NCBI RefSeq assembly: GCF_963921235.1
Contig: NC_086097.1
Location: 22,198,001 to 22,262,000 of the forward strand
Direction: 5' to 3'
DNA length: 64,000 bases
Source: Mobula hypostoma
Taxonomy: Eukaryota
Below are positions 39,606-51,859 of the stretch, in pieces. Below the pieces are notes generated by a model. It made no database searches and was not told the DNA's origin. It worked only from the letters and a program-made list of their open reading frames with translations. Each line of letters opens with the position of its first letter. Positions within the stretch are counted from its first letter, which is position 1. Made by a program: the position numbers and the translations under genes.

Positions 39606-40489
39606 GTGGGGTGGTCTGAATGGGGTTACAAGGTGGATAAAGTGGAGTGAATCTTTCCTATCCCTCAGCCTCTGACACAACAGTAGCGTGAAGCTGCCCA
39701 CAAATACAAATTCCTTCTCTCAATTGCAAGGTCAGTGAAATAAAGAGGTGTTCTTTCCCACCTCCAGCCGGCAAAATGCATTCCTTCCTTTCCTGTTTTA
39801 ACCCTCTACCATCCTGCAAAATTGACTGTACAAAATATTTCAAGCATGTCAGGAAAGTCACATCCCAAGCTGCTCCTCAAAAGTCACATGCTCAATCATA
39901 GGGAAGAAAGTGTTTGCAGAAGGGCCTAAAATTTATTTTTAGAACAGTGTCAATTAAATGAAACTATATACTGGCCTGAATTCATTCAGGTTGCAATCTC
40001 AGATAAATCGGTAACTGGAGAACATTAACCGAGTTTGTTGATGCGGTTTTAACCTTCCATATTCAATATGAATAGACTCGGCAGATTCTGGATTTTATTT
40101 TCTCTCAATTGATATATATTTTTAGGCATTTATTTCAGCTTTTATTGATTTGAATTTTATGATTGCACAAAGTTAGGAGTATGGTACAAGGGCAGAAAAA
40201 TTATGAATAGCAAATCTTCCAATCCCCTGTCACAATAGGAAATGTAAATGTAATTATGTGTAAATCTATAAATCAGCTTGAATGCATTGTGTTCCTTGTT
40301 TTTTTTTGTAATTTATAGATTTTTCAATCTTTACATTGTATAGCACCCACAAAAAATGCAAATTTCACATCATTTTTCAGTGATAATAAATCAGAATCTG
40401 ATTCTGATTCTAATGATTTGGCAGGCATGTTACATGCTCATAGAAAGAGTTTGAAAAGACAAAGTCATTTTCATGTCCTTTTGTTACAG

Positions 40490-40675
40490 TTATTGAGGTG
40501 CATTAAAAAACACCTGGTTGTTTGAGACTTGTGAAAGTGATGCTTAATGATCCGTATTATTGGAAGTCTAATCCTGCAAAGCCTAAACGGGGATAATATG
40601 CTGTGCATTGCCACTGGGGACCCGTCTGTTATCGGGGGACCTGCCTGATATCAATGGGAAACAACAGACATTCAG
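40490..40675 (+). other. Candidate host-gene exon (5' UTR plus possible start MGNNRHS)
   Basis: Acceptor TTTTCATGTCCTTTTGTTACAG and donor CAG|GTAAGC in non-repetitive sequence; ATG at 40654 stays open to the donor (phase 1). Confidence 0.5.
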
Positions 40676-41028
40676 GTAAGCGTCGATAGCTGCATTCTTT
40701 CACAGGCGAATATCCAAATGTTCCATCGAAATATGTATTTGATTTGCGCTCTTCAGAAAGCCACTAACTCAATGAATGTCATTGAGCAGAGCTGGTACAC
40801 TGACACCTGAGCACCCGTTTAATTAATAGTTGCACTGGTTTTATTTGTCATCAATGCACAGCTTACCTTAAAATGATAGTCTAAGGTAAACTGACGGCTC
40901 CCTTCCCCTGATATTTGTAATAATGAGTAGACCATCGTTTAATGGTTCTCACAATAGCACCTGAACAAAAGCTAAAATTAACATATTAGTACCATCGTTC
41001 AAATGCCACAGAAAGAAACATCTTCTGA

Positions 41029-41155
41029 ACACAAGAGATTCTGCAGATGCTGGAAATCCAAAGCAACACACACAAAATGCTGCAGGAAATCAACAGGTTA
41101 GCCAGTGTCTATGGAAATGAATAAACAGATGGCATTTCGGGCCAAGAACCTTCTT
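41029..41155 (-). mobile_element. PLE tail, 5'-truncated within the hammerhead
   Basis: CTGCAGATGCTGGAAATCC..CACACAAAATGCTG; TCTTCTGAA on both flanks is a possible TSD. Confidence 0.6.
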
Positions 41156-41487
41156 CTGAATGTCAGGGGCTATTTTACCGCAATGAAAAAGCAATAGCAA
41201 TTTAATTTTGTCTGTGGTGTTACAACTTGCCCTCAGCCTCTATTAATTCATTAAATCTTCTTTTACCCCGTGACACCCTAACTTTAGCTTCTTCCTAACT
41301 AAAGATACCACAAAGAGCACAGAGCTCTTTCAGGACAAGCAAGCTTCTAATGTCCACATTTCTGGTTTACTTTCAAAGAACAGGCTATTGTAAGCTATCA
41401 GGACTATCACAAGCAATAGTTTTTTAATGAGTGTGCTCCAAACTGTGACAGAAAATCAATCCGTGTTTTAAAATTCTTTCTATCTTT

Positions 41488-41935
41488 CACTTTGTCGAGC
41501 ACCTTTGTTCTGTCCGCCACAAAAGGTGGGATTTCTCGGTGGCCATCCATTTCAATTTGACTTCCCATTCCCATTCTGACATGTCGGCCCATGAAGAGAC
41601 CAAACTCAGGGTGGAGGACCAGCACCACATATTCTGTCTGGGTAGTCTCCAACCTGATAGGCATGAACATCGATTTCACTGAGTTCTGGTCATTTCTCCC
41701 CCATCCGTTTCTCTTTTTTCCTATTCCCCATTCTAGTTCCCCTCTTACCCCTTTTCTTCTCCTCACCTGCTCATCACCTCCCTCTGGTGGCTTCCTCCTC
41801 CTTTTTTTCCTTTGCCTACTGTTCTGATCCGCCAGATCCCTTCTTCTTCAACCTTTTGCTTCTTCCACCTATCACTTCTGAGCTTCTTACTTCAACACCC
41901 CACCCCACCCACCCTCCTCTCCTCTAACCTGATCT
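41488..41935 (+). mobile_element. Degenerate Neptune-type PLE endonuclease C-terminus and UTR
   Basis: FVEHLCSVR..VAIHFN..SHSD..LRVEDQHHIFCLGSLQP, then a pyrimidine-rich UTR. Confidence 0.75.
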
Positions 41936-42068
41936 CCATAAGACATGGAGCAGGATTAAGCCATGAGGTCCATTGAGTCTGCTCCGCCATTCCATCTTGG
42001 CTGATTTATTTTCCCTCTGAAACAAATTCAAGTCAAATTAAGTTTAGTCTCATTTATCTATATACATG

Positions 42069-42273
42069 TATCATCATCATCATCATCATCATCAGGTGCC
42101 ATGCCCAGTTTGAGCTTTGACTGCCATGGCCCACACACCCCTGTTTCGGGTCAAGTGGATCAATTCACTGGTATTCATTTCCAGTTCTCTGGCTGCTGTC
42201 TCCTTCATCATTTGTCTTTGTCTTCCTCTTGCTTTCTTCCCTTCAATCTTTCCCACAATTACTGTGCATTCTA
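42069..42273 (-). mobile_element. RTE-clade LINE 3' end with TSD
   Basis: GKIEGKKARGRQR..W; (TGA)n tail; ATATACATG at 42060-42068 and 42274-42282. Confidence 0.8.
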
Positions 42274-42399
42274 ATATACATGGATATAATGCATATAACC
42301 ATATATTGTATATAGAAATGAGACCATTCTCCAAACCAAAGTGTAAAGTGCAGTAGTACACATAACACACATGACACATGATAACTTATGAAGATAAGG

Positions 42400-43170
42400 A
42401 TGCTATTCATTAGCTCCATTATTTAGCTCCAACATGATGTAGTTAAATTAAGTTGTTAAGGAGTTAAATTAAGGTAAATAGTGCAGAAACAGACATTTAA
42501 AAAAAATAGTGAGGTAGTGTTCATGGTTTTAATGTCCATTCAGAAATCAGATGGCAGAGAGGACAAAGCTGTTCCTGAATCACTGAGTGCATGTCTTCAG
42601 GCTCCTGTACCTCCTTCCTGATGGTAACAATAAGAAGGCGACATGCCCTGGGTAGTGGGGGTCCTTGATGATGGAAGCCACTTTTCTGAGGCACTGCTCC
42701 TTGAAGATGTCAAACAACACTTACAGTCCTGATCAAAAAGCTACAGAACCTGGGCGTCTGTACCTCCTTCTGCAACAGGATCCTCGACTTCCTAACTGGA
42801 AGAGCACAATCAGTGCAGATTTGTAATAACACCTCCTCCTCACTGACGATCAACACTGCACACCTCAGGGATGTGTGCTTAGTCCACTGCTTTAATCTCT
42901 CTATACCCATGGCTGTGTGCCTTGGCACATCTCTAATGCCATCTATAAATTTGCTGATGATATAGTCATTGTTGGCAGAATCTCAGATGGAGGCAGGAGC
43001 AAATTGCAGTTAAAATGGGGGTGGGTGGGGAGAGCTCGCTTGCCTCAATCCCCTTAGGAAGTGGAGGCGCTGCTGTGCCTTCTTGTTCAGGGAGGTGACA
43101 TTAAGTGTCCAGGTGAGGTCATCTGTGGTGTGAACTTCTCAGGAATTTGGTACACTTAACTCTCTCTACA
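42400..43170. mobile_element. Rex1 fragments in both orientations
   Basis: - strand 3' region at 42500-42710; + strand RT piece at 42715-42990 (WILDFL..INTA..QG..IYKFADD). Confidence 0.7.
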
Positions 43171-43199
43171 GTGGAGTCATGTATTCTCCAGTCCTCACC

Positions 43200-43600
43200 C
43201 CCCCCACCCCTTGATTTCCTAACTAATCAATAACCCAATAACCTTCACTTTAAATATCCTCAATGACTTGGCCTCCACAGCCACCCGTGACAATGAATTC
43301 CACAGATTCACATCCCTCTGGCTGAGGAAATTCCTTCTCATCTCTGTTCTAAATGGATGTCCTTCTGTTCTGAGACTGTGCCCTCTGGTCCCAGACTCCC
43401 CCACTACGGAAAACATTCTCCCCACATCCAGTCTATCTAGGCCTTTCAATATTTGATAGATTTCAATGAGATCCCACCTTATTCTTCTAAACTCTAGCAG
43501 GTACAGGCTCAGAATCATCAAACACTCTTCATAAGTTAGCCCTTTAATTTTCAGAATCATTCTAGTACCTCCTCTGGACTATCTCCAATGTCAGCACATT
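43200..43600 (-). mobile_element. CR1 3' fragment
   Basis: ORF 43219-43560: LEFRR..DLIE..TRGHSLR..QR..NLWNSL. Confidence 0.85.
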
Positions 43601-46600
43601 GATTGATTGATTAATTGAGATACAGCATGAAGTAGGCCCTTCCGGCTTTGAGCCACACTGCTCAGCAATCCTCCAGTTTAATCATAGCGTAATCATTGGA
43701 TGATTTGCAATGCCCAATTAACCTACCAACCGATACGCCTTTGGATTGTGGGAGGAAACCAGAGCACCCAGATGAATCTTATGCAGTCACGCAGAGAACA
43801 TATAGAGTCCTTATGGACAGCGGTGGGAAATGAACCCAGGTCACCTGTACTGGAAAGCGTTGTGCTAACCACTATGCTACTGTGCTACCCGGTTCTTAGA
43901 TAAGGGACCCAAAACTGATCACTGATCACCAGCCAGCAGTATTCCATCCCTCCTCCCCACTTACCCACCTGGTCTCACCTACCACCTCCCCCTCTTATAT
44001 TCCTTCCCCTCTTGCCCCTTTATCATTCTGCTCAAATACAATAAGATAAAGAACACAATAAGAAAACAAATCACATTAAACATAAATACATATGATAGCT
44101 TATATACATAGATTGATTGTGTGTCCGGAAGGTGATGCTTGGCACAGGTGGTTCTCCGTCATGTTCAGTGATGACAGTGAACCTCTGTGGGAGAGATTTT
44201 ATGAAGTGGAGAAGGCATTGTACTGAGGCAGTTCCAATCTCTTGACCTCAGAAGTCTGGATCCAGTGGTACAAACAAGCGTCACAAACTGGGGTCTTCCT
44301 TGGTTGGAGTGGATGACTGTGGCGTCTTCTCAGGCTAGGCATAGGAGTGTCAGCACGCAAGGTGACTTACAGGAATTAATAAAATACTGGTGGTTGGGGG
44401 CTGTGGAGGGGTGAAGTGTGTCACTTACATCAAATCAAATCAGCGAGGATGTGCTGGTGGCAGCCTACAAGTGTCACCACATTTCCATCACCAAAATAGC
44501 GTGCCCAGCCCACGACTCACCAGCCCGAACCCAAGCGTCTTTGGAATGTGGGAGGATACCAGAGCACACAGAGGCAACTCGCCGGGTTATGGGTGGAATG
44601 TACAAACTCCTGACAGGCATCAGCAGGAATTGAACCCTGATCAACGATGCGGGCGCTAGAAAGCAATGTGCTAATCACGACACTACTGCGCTGTCCCAAG
44701 CTAAAGCAAGGTCAGTAACTGTGCTTACAGTGGAAACCGTTTGCCATGCTTCTCAAGTGATCCAGAAAAGTTGCCCCTTTCACCTACCCCTCTTATATTC
44801 CTTCCCCTCTTCCCCCTCTTATCATTCTGCTGAAATACAATAGGATAAAGAACACAATAAGAAAACAAATATGGTTAAACATGGTGAGACTGCTCTTAAA
44901 TTTACTGCTGGTGGACGTGGATGGGAACTTGATGCAGTATTTGAAATATTAACCAGTAAATAATTTTGAGACATTTATTCCATATTCAGGTTACTCCATT
45001 AATAGCACGCTTGGTCCATTAATTTGAAGTTCTCAATGACTTACTTGTAAAGATCAAAGGTATGATTCACGTTATTGGTCACATAAACATTTAAGCATAT
45101 AGTGTAATGCGTTGCATTGCGTCAAATCAGATCAGTGAGGTTCGTGCTGAGGGCAGCACACAAATGTCACCATGCTTCCAGCGCCAACCTAACATACCCA
45201 CAACTTAATAACCCCACCCTGCACATGCTTTGAGTGCGGGAGGGAACCAGAGCAATGATGGGGAGAAGGTACAAACTCCTTACAGACAGTGGCCGCAATT
45301 GAACCCCAATCTTACATCTTGCACTGTACTACCAAGCCTTTTTTTGGGCCAAGGGTAGTGATTAATTAACTACAGAAATTTTAACCACAGGAGGCCCATT
45401 GTTCCAAGGCTAGCGTTCTAATAAAAATTAAAATGAGAATCTTCCTAGAGTAATTTGTGTAATGGTTTAACCCTGTGTAGAAAGCAGCGTGTGGGTGGAA
45501 TTGTAGATTATATTTTTTTTCACGGAGTAGTACTATGATAAAAAAAAAGTTCAATTAAGCTTATTTATGTAAGATTCAATTAGCAATGCAACTCTGCAAT
45601 TATATAATCTGTTCATCCTGAACTGCTCTTAATTTGGGGTTAGGAGTGGAAATTCAACATATTGAAAGACTTCTGGTGTTGTGTGCCTTTGATAATGACT
45701 GAATCCTCTTATATTCACACATGTAGTATAATGGGCATGTATGCCCTGGCTCTTGATCAAGAGAAGGGAGTTCATACCCTACTTCAGCAGCTGGAGAAAT
45801 TAAATACAGTTAATTAGATAAATCGGAACATTAAAGCTACTAAGAGAATTGATGGCCGTAAAGATTCGCCTAGTTCATTCTGTCTTTCAAGGAAGGAGGT
45901 TTGCTGTCCTAATCTGATCTGGTTTATGTGTCACTCCAAATGGAGGCTTGTAGTTGACTTTTGGTTGTCCAAGCCTCCAAGAAAGGTTGAAGAAGTGTAA
46001 AGAAAATGTACAAGGATATTACTGGGACTTGAGAATCTGAGTTATAGGGAATGGTTGAACATAGAACATAGAACAGTACAACACAGGAACAGGCCCAGTG
46101 GCCCACAATGTTGTGCTGAATTAACTAAATTAGTAATCATCTGGCCAACTAAACTAATCCTTTCTGCCTGCACAATGTCCACATCCTTCCATTTCCCTGA
46201 CATTCATGTGCCTATCTAAATGCCTGTGAGATCTCATGGAGTTATACAAAATTATGAGGGGTAAAAATAGGATGAATGAATGCAGGTTGGATGAGACTAG
46301 AACTAGAGATCATAGATTTAGCATGTCAGGTGAAATATTGTTAGTATTCTACATAGAGCCTCACTAGAGGGAGGTTATACTGCGTCATCCTACTTTTCAA
46401 GGACTAGCTTACTTCCCAGTCTAGTCTCTGTGGCGAGGTTTAGCTGCCAATACCCACCACTGAAGTGTTAAGTTCCCCTTCCCTATTAAGGAGGAGATAC
46501 TTCCAGCTAATTATGTAGTTCAAACACAGTTTATTTTATTTTAATGACACAAGTTGAAATTTTGACAAATAGTTTTTAACACAGAGGATTTCTGATGTAT

Positions 46601-47665
46601 GAAATATTTACAGAATTAGAGAAGATTTATGAACTAGAGAGAATTTCCAAACACATAAAATTCTTATGAACTAAAAGAACATACCAACAAGTTGCAGATG
46701 AACAAGACATCCATTGCAGGAACTGAAGGTTGAGGAATGAATTCCATTTCTTTTTTCTGTCATTCCCAGACTTTCTGTCATTCTCCTTGGCTTTCCTAGC
46801 AATCCCCAATGTTTTCTAATATTTATACTGCTTTGCTACTAGTTGACATTATCTGCATGTGATGTTTTTTTTCTGGTGCTTTTGCTGGGTCAAAATAATT
46901 GCACAGCTGTTCTAAAAGCTTCTGGGGATGGAGATCTCGGACACCTAAAACGAATGCTGTGAGGGTTGACTCTCAGAGTACACAAATATCCCAACTATTG
47001 ATTGATGTTTGGTGTGCTAAGTAACAAAATCAGCCTGGTCTTCAAGCTTCCTTGAACTTAGTCACAATGGCGCAAATAACTTTGCCAGTGCTGTGTGGGG
47101 TCGATGCAAGCCAGTTAATGTAACCCCATTGTCTTCTGTAGATTAAATTTACAAGACTGCATTGTTTACTTGGTTTCAACAAGAAGCTGAGCAAGGAGTA
47201 TTGGTTATAAGTTTAACTTGGTCAAAAACAACTCTGACCCTTTGGAAAGGTCATGTTGCTGTGTGAGAAAGCTGAGGTTAACGATGAGACTCTCGGGCCC
47301 TGGATAGTGAATATCCATCACACTCTTGGAGACCCTCTCAGTAGAACTTAAAGTACATCAGGTTTTTCTTATCTTTGAGAACAAAAATAACAGCAGACCA
47401 TAAAAAAACAATTTCAATAGCTATAATGACATTGTTTACTTCAAAGTTTAAGTCTACACAAGGGTCCACTGAATTACACATTTACAAAGGGAGCACATTG
47501 TAACACCTCTAGATGTTCAAACACCTTGGCTGGGAAAAATAACTCACAATGATGGTGTAAATGCTTCTGGGGTCCCAAATTCTCAAGATTAGTGTTGTGA
47601 GTGCTGACGATGTGGGTACACAAATATTCTAATTATTGAAAGAAATGGCTATAACCATGACGTGT

Positions 47666-48703
47666 TGTCACGGTCACGACCATTAATTCCTCTTATTCTC
47701 CTAATTCCCTTTTTCCCTGTGTGCTCCTGGGCTCCTTGATTGCAGCACCTGATTCTCATCTAAACCTGCAGCATAAAACCCCCAGCTTTGCATCCACTCA
47801 TTGCCAGATCGTTGCTTCAGCCAGTGTGGTATTCCATGTTCCTGGCCGCTTAGAATGGTGTATTCTAAGTTTTACTTCAGTACTGAGGTTTACCTGTGTA
47901 ACTCTGTCTCTCCGTGTCAAGATAATTATTGCCTGCTGTTTGTCTTTCCATTTGCCGCTCCGTGTCAAGGTAAGTATTGCCAGTCGTTTGCCTTTCCATT
48001 TAACGCTCCGTGTCAAGATAGGTATTGCCTGCCACCTGTCTCCTGTTTGCCGTTCAGCTCCAGCAACACCCTGTGTCAAGAAAAGTATTGTCTGCCATTT
48101 GCCTTTCCACATAATGCTCCGTGTCAAGATAAGTGTTGCCTGCCGCCTATCCCCTGTTTGCCATTCAGCTCCAGCAGCACTCTGTGTCAAGAAAAGTTTT
48201 GCCTGCCTCCTGCTCTTCCATTCATCTGCGCCGTTTGCCAGTGTTAACCCTGTCTCTCGGCCACTTAGAACTGTGTTTTCTAAGTTCTGTTCCCACGTTG
48301 TTGTTTGCCTGGGTTAACTCTGTCTCTCAGCCGCTTAGAATTGTGTATTCTAAGTTCTGTTCCCGCGCTGTTGTTTGGCTGTGTTAACTCTGTCTCTCCG
48401 TGTTAACAGGAGCATGGCATGCTGCCCGTCGTTCTCCCATAGCCACGCTTATCCGCTTGTCTGCATCCCTGCTCTGCATCATTCTGCCATCTGTCTACAC
48501 TCTCCGCCAGCTCAGTGGTTAAACGCTGCGTTCTCACCGTAGCGACCCGGGTTCGGTCCCCGATCCAGCCTCGCTCACTCCTCGGCTTTCCTCTGCCTAA
48601 TCCCTGCTCCCCAACCTTCCCTGCAACCGTTAATAAACACTGTTCTGATTACGCTAACTCTGTGTCAGTGCCCTGTGCTTAGGCCGCCCCGTTCCTTGCA
48701 ACA
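47666..48703 (+). mobile_element. Solo LTR (Gypsy-like), 1038 bp, with tRNA-like cassette
   Basis: TGTCAC...GCAACA ends; exact TSD CGTGT at 47661-47665 and 48704-48708; GCATAAAA at about 47771; AATAAA at 48632-48637; internal CGTGTCAAGA-type repeats. Confidence 0.88.
48508..48563 (+). other. tRNA-Glu(CTC)-like sequence with Pol III A/B boxes; not a functional tRNA
   Basis: AGCTCAGTGG A-box; anticodon arm CTGCG-TTCTCAC-CGTAG; T-arm CGGG-TTCGGTC-CCCG; no acceptor stem. Confidence 0.7.
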
Positions 48704-48719
48704 CGTGTTGCGTGGCAAA

Positions 48720-49115
48720 CTAGACCCTGAGCATCACATCTCAGCGGATCCGTCCTGGGGCCAACATGTTAATGCAATCATGAACAAGGCATGTCAGTGT
48801 CTACACTTCCTTCAGAGTTTGAGGAGACTTGGCATGTCAACAAAGACTCCAGCAAATTTCTACAGATGTACGGTGGGTGGGGAGCATTCTATCTGGTTTC
48901 ATCACCGCCTGGTCTGGAGGCTCCAATGCAAAGGGTTGTAACAGGCTGCAGAGGGCTGTAGACTCAGGCAGCTGCATCACGGACACAACCCTCCCCACCA
49001 TCAAGGGCATCTCCAAAATGTGGCGTCGCAGAAAAGGGACATCCATTATTAAGCACCCTTACCAACCAGGGCATCACTTCTCCTCATTACTATCATCCGG
49101 GAAGAGGTATAAACC
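48720..49115 (+). mobile_element. Rex1 3' fragment
   Basis: SWGQHVNAI..KACQCLHFLQSLRRLGM..NFYRCTV. Confidence 0.8.
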
Positions 49116-49429
49116 ATTTTCTTACAAGCTGACATGAACAGGAGAGTCACAGAATGAATGCTCCCTGATCCAAAGTTTTCATAATTCTTTTATTACTTCT
49201 TGTCTACTTCTTCCCCCGCTATCTCTACCCTGCATGTTACTTTCCCCAAGCAGTAATGGTAATCAGCACCTCCAGCCCCTAGCCCACCCCTCCACACACT
49301 CCACACACCACTACTTGATCATTTCATGTCAGTCACCTTATTTACGGGCTGAAGAGTCGCTCCTGTGCCTTGAGTTACTTTATGGCCATACCATCATCCT
49401 ATGTGGGTGGTGGGGTGGAGGTACGTCAC

Positions 49430-49940
49430 TGTTAAGGATCCGGTCTGAACATTGGGTCAAAGGGCCTCTGCTGGTAGCTCTGGATCCCGACAGTCTTTAA
49501 TTTCTGTTTTCTTTCACCTGGCCATGTGGGTTCTGGCCCAGCCCCTTTCCTTTTTGGACTTCCTCCAATTACCTGCTTGTCTCCTCATTTGCACCCACCT
49601 GTTTCTGATTTTCACTCATTACCCTGTCTATTTAAACCCTGCCTTGACTAGTATTCTCTGCCAGTTTATCTCAGTTCTGACCTATGTCGTTCTAGCCTGT
49701 CATTGTGACTTCTGCCTGATTCTGTGTTTTGGACTTTGCCTGTTCCTGGACCTGATTTTTGCCTGTGTGGTCTGGATTGTCTGCCCTCACCTGACTGCCC
49801 TTCCTGGTAAGACCTCTGCCTGCCATTTTGGATTTGTGCCTGCCTCCTGTCTTTGAAAGACTGTTGCCTTTGTGCTCCCTAATAAATCCTGGTGAAAAAG
49901 TATTCATTGGTCTGCACTTGAGTCCCACCAAAACCCGACA
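49430..49940 (+). mobile_element. Solo LTR (Gypsy-like), 511 bp
   Basis: TGTTAAG...CCCGACA ends; exact TSD GTCAC at 49425-49429 and 49941-49945; TATTTAAA at about 49629; AATAAA at 49881-49886. Inserted into the RTE-tailed element. Confidence 0.88.
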
Positions 49941-51859
49941 GTCACTATCAAAGGAAGTGTAAGATGTACATTTGCTCTGCCAGCCTGCAGGTCACCCTTG
50001 GGCGAGGTGTAGCACCTGCTTAGCCCCCCTAATCAGGGTCACATGAAGCCATGGGAGCAGGTGGTGGATGGTCGTATGATTAGCTGGTGTATATCACAAG
50101 TCCTGGTTATGTGACCACTGACGCCAGGCAGACAATCTTGGAAGAGTGTTGATAATGGATGGGGTCTCCTGTTTGCCCATAAGAAACCATTTCTGTAGAA
50201 AAATTTGCCAAAAACAGTCATGATCAAGGACCATGATCACCCACATCATATGACATGGCACTTAATGAATGAATCAATCTGTATACATAAGCTATCTTGT
50301 ATTACTTATATTTATTGTGTTCTTTATCTGATTGTGTGTTTTTCTTGTGCTATGTTGGATCTGGAGTAACATTAACCAATGTTGAATCCTGGACGTGCTG
50401 AATGAGAATATCCTTCTGTAGTGTCAAGCTTCAGCCCCTGTGTTTTAAGTGAGTTGTGTGCAATTCCACTTTTACTTTATAAATACATTACACAATAGCA
50501 AGTTTCCATCCTGGAGTTTTACGAAGCTGTTGCTAGGCTAGTAACCAGGCATAAGTTCACTATAGAGCACTTTAGCCTGCAGTTTATGGCTCAAGCCATT
50601 TGAGCCTGTTACAGATCTTCACGGCCTGGTATCAACCCTCTAGAAGCCTCCCTCATCTCTGTTACATGCTCAACTCACCATCTCTCCCTGCTGTGCTACA
50701 GAATCAAGAATTCACTGTTCCCTACCAAGAGCTTACTATCCTGAACTACAAGGGAGCTGAAAGGGTTGGTTAGCGTTTGCAGTTAAAGCAAAGGTTTGAT
50801 GGAGTAAAGCCCATGACTACGGGGAAGAGCAAAGTTGAGGACCTCTCAAACTAATTGGACAGGGATAAATGTCTTGGAGAGCAGGGGATAGGCTGAGGCG
50901 ATGAGAATGATTGGCATGTAGACTTAATGGAGCTTAATCACTAGTATGGTCCAAATCGGCTGAATAGCCTAATTCCAAGTTGTACTTTCTCTATTTTATC
51001 AATATCCTGCTGGAAGTTACATTCTGCACAGACTGTTCTAAATATAGTTCCACCAAAGTTCCACACAAAGTTGGAATAACTTGTTTTAGTTATAATTAAA
51101 TGCCCTTGAGACACATTGCACTGCTCGATTAGCCTTGTTAAGATGGATTCATGTTGGGCATCTCCCTTGGGTGAATAAGCAACACTTGGATACAAACCTT
51201 CAAAATGTAATTATGTGCCCTAAGCTTTTACAAATCACACAGTCATTACAGCACAGAAGGAGATCACTTGGCCCATCAAGTTCATGTAGAACAATCCAGA
51301 CAGATGCACTCTCCCAATCTATCACTGTTCATTTTCACCCCTAACTTTTTATTGAAATTGTTGGCTGTCTCCACTATAACCACCACCATAGTTGAATTAC
51401 TGTTTTCTATATAAAAGACATACTTCCTCATATCATCCTTGTATCCCTTCTCCAAAAAATTTAACCTGTGTTCAGAAGTATGGTCGGCAGAGCTGTATGC
51501 AAAAGTCCAGTTGTGGCCTAACCAGTTATATAAAAGCTCAGAATAATGTCATTATTTTTGTAGACAATCCTCTATGAATGCAAGTCAAGATCCCATCTGC
51601 TCTCCTAATGACCATCTCTGACCCTCCCACTCTGCAATTTAAAATACACTTGTTTTCTCACTTTTCTGATTTGATGAAGGATTCTGTTTCTCTCCCCACA
51701 GTTGCTGCCTGCCCAACTGAGCACTTCTCCCACTTTTTACCAGCATCTGTAGTGGTTTGGATCAACCACTCTGTCTGTCTTGCTGCATTGAAGGGTCGAG
51801 GCACTTGAATCCCAGTATCCCTGTTTCCGCCTTTACATTCTCGGGAGACTGCAGAACTA

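Noticed and set aside
46339..46550. Short TG...CA segment that might be a fifth solo LTR
   Set aside because: No TSD and no clear TATA or polyA signal.
47721..48317. Long Cys-rich ORFs (198 aa and 148 aa) that look keratin-associated or metallothionein-like
   Set aside because: Translation of LTR tandem repeats, open in several frames and on both strands.
48501..48572. Functional tRNA-Glu gene
   Set aside because: No acceptor-stem pairing, broken D-stem, A58 replaced and no oligo-T terminator right after it. Kept only as tRNA-like.
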